Under the pieces are notes generated by a model that did not search any database, was not told the DNA's origin, and saw only the letters and a program-made list of their open reading frames with translations. Positions 60,916 through 64,000 of a DNA stretch of 64,000 bases are shown piece after piece. Origin of the DNA: Armatimonadota bacterium (GTDB lineage Bacteria > Armatimonadota > SYMT01); the NCBI GenBank assembly GCA_041690135.1, contig JAWLHY010000015.1, positions 143,820 to 207,819 on the forward strand, given 5' to 3'. How positions within the stretch are numbered: the stretch's first letter is position 1; each line of letters starts with the position of its first letter. The position numbers and the translations under genes are program-made.

Positions 60916-61413
60916 TCAGTTGTACCAGTGGAGGTGGGCTATGGGGTGCTTCGGATCGTCGAGGGAGAGGAACAACTGGAGAGGGCTTCGCTCGTTGGGG
61001 GAGTTCAGCGCGCCGACTTGCGCCGAAATCGACCGCCGGATCCGGGAGAGTTGCCAGCTCTCTACCAATTTGGGGCTGTAAAAGGGCTCGATTGGGCTTT
61101 CTTCCGGCGGCGAATTGTTACGGGTGGTCTTGCCGGCAAAAGTGGGCTGAGCAAGAAACGATTCGAGGCCATCCGCCGGAATCTCAACGCGAGCGTAACC
61201 ATAAACGTTCAACGCTCCGAACCGTTCGCTTTCAAGAATCCGCGCACCGGGAGGAAACTCGATCCTCGCGTGAGACGAGAGTTCCCGGACGTCCACGAAC
61301 GGGATAGGCCGGTTGATCGCCGCACAGCCTCGTAGAGCCGCGGTGATTCCGGGCACCAGCAGCAACAGGCCCCCCATACCCAGGCCAAGCGTTACCGTGC
61401 GACGGGAGATCAT
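60916..61413 (-). CDS. Hypothetical membrane-anchored/exported protein
   Basis: N-terminal hydrophobic segment; lower GC; follows DUF1501 gene. Confidence 0.55.
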   Translation of the reverse strand: MISRRTVTLGLGMGGLLLLVPGITAALRGCAAINRPIPFVDVRELSSHARIEFPPGARILESERFGALNVYGYARVEIPADGLESFLAQPTFAGKTTRNNSPPEESPIEPFYSPKLVESWQLSRIRRSISAQVGALNSPNERSPLQLFLSLDDPKHPIAHLHWYN

Positions 61414-61440
61414 GGGGGGGCCTACGTTGCGAAGCTGATT

Positions 61441-62811
61441 TCAGCTCAGTAGCTCGCGGATCGGTTCGCCGCCTTCGAGGAGGTAGACGGGACGGCCGGT
61501 GCGGTCGGTGAAGGTGGCGGCGTGGGGGTCGATGCCCAGGTGGTGGTAGACGGTGGCGAGCACGTCCTGTGGGGAGAGGGGGCGGTCGACCGGGTATTGG
61601 CCCTTCCCGTCCGATTTGCCGATGGCCTGGCCCATCCGCATGCGGCCGTTCGCCATCAGGACGCTGAACGTGTGGCCCCAATGGTCGCGGCCGGCATCCT
61701 TGTTCATCTTGGGGGTGCGGCCGAACTCGCCCATGGCCACCACCAACACCCGCTCGAAGAGACCGCGGTCGATCAGGTCTTCCACCAGTGCGGCGATGGC
61801 GCGGTCCAGGTGGGGAATCAACAGCTTGCCACCTTCTTCCGTCTTGAGCTGCGGCGGGGTGCCGTGGTGGTCCCACGGGACGCAGTTGACGGTAACGAAG
61901 GTGACGCCAGCCTCCACAAGACGGCGAGCGAGGAGAGCGCTTTGCCCGTAGGTATGCCGCCCGTACCGGTCGCGCAACTTCGCGGGCTCGGCCTCGATGT
62001 CGAACGCGGCCCGGGTGTGGGCGCCCGTGAGCATGTCGAAGGCGCGCTGGTAGGCGCCGTCGCGCTCCGCCATCGCGCTGTCGGCCGTGGCGAAGGAGCG
62101 GTCGAGCTGATCCAGGAAGGCGCGCCGGTTCTTCAGCCGGTCGAAGTTCAGGCCGCGCGCCAGGTTCAGGTCGCGGACCTCGTACTTCTTCTCGTTGGGG
62201 TCGGAGTTGACGATGAACGGGTTGTGGGCGGCTCCCGCGTAGGCGTGGTAGTGGAACAGGTTGTCCGTGCCGCCGCGGAGGTGGGGGACACCCACGTAAG
62301 GCGGCATCCCGCTCCGGTTGGCGCCGCGGAGGGCGGCGGTCACCGCGCCCATCGCCGGGTTCCGCTGGGCACGCTCCACCGCGTTGAAGGCGGGGCCTTC
62401 CCAGCCCGTGAGCATCCAATGGTTGCCTTTCGTGTGATCGCCAGTGCCATGGTTCACCGTGCGGAGAATGGCGAGCTTATCGGCGATCCGCGCGTTCTCC
62501 GGCATCAACTCGCAGAACTGGAGGCTGTCCACCTTCGTAGGGATGGCGCCGAACGGGCCGCGGTACTCGCGGGGCGCCTCCGGCTTGGGGTCCCAGGTCT
62601 CCATGTGCCCCGGACCGCCGCTGCACCAGAAGAGGATGACGGCCGTATCGCGGGTCGGGCTGGGGGTGCCCGGAGTGGCCGCTTGAGCGGCACGGAGCCG
62701 GAGGAAATCGGGGAGGAGGAGGCCGCCGACGCCGAGGGCGCCCGCCTGGAGGAAACTGCGGCGGGCGACGCCGTCACAATCGCGAGAGCCCTGGCCGGTG
62801 ATCTTGATCAT
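61441..62811 (-). CDS. DUF1501 domain protein (copy 3)
   Basis: RRSFLQAG, GGPGHMETWDPKP, ARRLVEAGV, WDHH, GEFGRTP, GRDHW. Confidence 0.93.
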   Translation of the reverse strand: MIKITGQGSRDCDGVARRSFLQAGALGVGGLLLPDFLRLRAAQAATPGTPSPTRDTAVILFWCSGGPGHMETWDPKPEAPREYRGPFGAIPTKVDSLQFCELMPENARIADKLAILRTVNHGTGDHTKGNHWMLTGWEGPAFNAVERAQRNPAMGAVTAALRGANRSGMPPYVGVPHLRGGTDNLFHYHAYAGAAHNPFIVNSDPNEKKYEVRDLNLARGLNFDRLKNRRAFLDQLDRSFATADSAMAERDGAYQRAFDMLTGAHTRAAFDIEAEPAKLRDRYGRHTYGQSALLARRLVEAGVTFVTVNCVPWDHHGTPPQLKTEEGGKLLIPHLDRAIAALVEDLIDRGLFERVLVVAMGEFGRTPKMNKDAGRDHWGHTFSVLMANGRMRMGQAIGKSDGKGQYPVDRPLSPQDVLATVYHHLGIDPHAATFTDRTGRPVYLLEGGEPIRELLS

Positions 62812-62922
62812 GGGTGGGAGAGAGGTAAGCGGACCATCGACAACAGGAATTAGAGGTCGGCACGGCCACGAAGTTTCACTACCCTCAGTTCACGGTGGGG
62901 CTGTACCGGCCCCGAAAGCTCC

Positions 62923-63213
62923 CTATGCGGACGCTTCCAGGTCAGCATGCCTTCGGCACTTCTCCTCAATCCACCCAATACCGATGTTCGCTACCATTCC
63001 GCTGCAGATCACCGAAAGCCCTGCTTGGGAACCCCCAAATGGGATTACGACCGCTACGGCGACAAAACAGCCCACGGCTAGCGCCAACCTCGCCAACTCC
63101 CATCCGGACCCGGATTCAAGCCACTTCCGACGCCGGTACTCGACTCCGCCTCCCGAATAAAGGCAGAACAGGATGAGGAAGCAATATGTTGCCGGAGAAA
63201 GATCGATCATCAC
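62923..63213 (-). CDS. Possible small membrane protein
   Basis: Three hydrophobic stretches; no family recognised. Confidence 0.35.
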   Translation of the reverse strand: MMIDLSPATYCFLILFCLYSGGGVEYRRRKWLESGSGWELARLALAVGCFVAVAVVIPFGGSQAGLSVICSGMVANIGIGWIEEKCRRHADLEASA

Positions 63214-63295
63214 TCAGACCCTTCGAGCGTGGCCGGATGTGCGTGCGCAGTCAGTTGTGCGGGCCGGGACCGGCGGGGACGAGTCCCTGGCAACA

Positions 63296-63526
63296 TCACC
63301 TGGGATACGGTTCCCGCAGCGCCCGCCGGTTGTGCACGCAAACTACGATGAGACTTGTCACCGCACCCACGACGGGGATCAGCCAAATCGCAAGCATCCA
63401 TGCGAGTTTGGTAGACGCGGAGAACCTGCTTGTAGCAACCAGGACCGATGCGGCAATGGTGAGAGCCAGGTAGGCAAGCCCCACCATTGCCTGGATCGCC
63501 AGAGCTGCGAGGTTGATTTCGATCAT
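63296..63526 (-). CDS. PLDc N-terminal-domain-like small membrane protein
   Basis: K.AWMLAIWLIPVVGA motif; AGGAG RBS before ATG 63526. Confidence 0.65.
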   Translation of the reverse strand: MIEINLAALAIQAMVGLAYLALTIAASVLVATSRFSASTKLAWMLAIWLIPVVGAVTSLIVVCVHNRRALREPYPR

Positions 63527-63546
63527 CCGTTGCTCCTGGGCTCTGT

Positions 63547-63622
63547 GGGCGCCCGCCTGATGGAAGCTGGGGTGGACGACGCCGTCACAATCGCGAGAGC
63601 CCTCGCCGGTACTCTTGATCAT
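63547..63622 (-). repeat. Degenerate duplicate of the first 76 bp of DUF1501 copy 3
   Basis: 67/76 identical to 62736-62811 by manual alignment; 811 bp apart. Confidence 0.9.
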
Positions 63623-64000
63623 TGCAGGTGAGTGGGGCTACGAGTGGTAAAGGCTCAGCAAGTATTCGAGGTTCGACAAGCAGGGGAAGTTTCAGGATCG
63701 AGATGACAGACGACGATGAACTCAGTCCACAGGAGCAACGGAAGCGAAAGCGAGTGCAGCCAGGCGAGCGCTTATGAAGCACGCTAAAGCACCAACGGTC
63801 TTTGCCACACTCCGCGTGCGCAAGTACCGTGTGCCGGACAGGGTATGCCGTGATCTTGGAATTGCCCGCTTCACGAAACGCTCGTACCGTGACCGACGGG
63901 GACGAGGGGGCTGTGAAAGTACTTAGATTCGGGACCCAAGTTCGGTCCCAGCCGGGGACCGGTGCGGACCGAACCCGCTTATGGACTCTTTATCTTTTCG

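Noticed and set aside
63960-64000. tRNA fragment (gggttcggtcc on minus strand)
   Set aside because: No cloverleaf or CCA end can be built from the available sequence

Overview
GC-rich bacterial chromosomal segment. The gene mix suggests a diderm Terrabacterium such as Armatimonadota (inference only): Firmicute-like yqeG, yacL-ispDF, prmA and DapG-type aspartokinase sit beside Planctomycete-type DUF1501 and DUF1549/1553 genes. Core content: panD; a TPP-riboswitch-controlled thiG-thiE-thiS-thiO operon; prmA, dprA, cmk-plsC, ispDF; a complete F1Fo ATP synthase operon translationally coupled to an aspartokinase with a duplicated N-terminal ACT module; glycosyltransferases, peptidases and three DUF1501 genes. 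No rRNA, tRNA, CRISPR or intact transposase/integrase was recognised. Most interesting signals: (1) a sigma-70-family factor and a RIO1 kinase, each preceded by its own leader peptide plus terminator (candidate ribosome-stress circuit); (2) a KHGL-motif orphan gene with a palindromic operator and a 15-bp motif repeated in different frames and beyond its stop; (3) in-frame insertions of repeat/MITE-like DNA in two genes; (4) small genes bracketed by direct repeats; (5) many 6-9-bp tandem repeats and REP/BIME-like elements in intergenic gaps. All calls come from reading motifs by eye; no searches were run.
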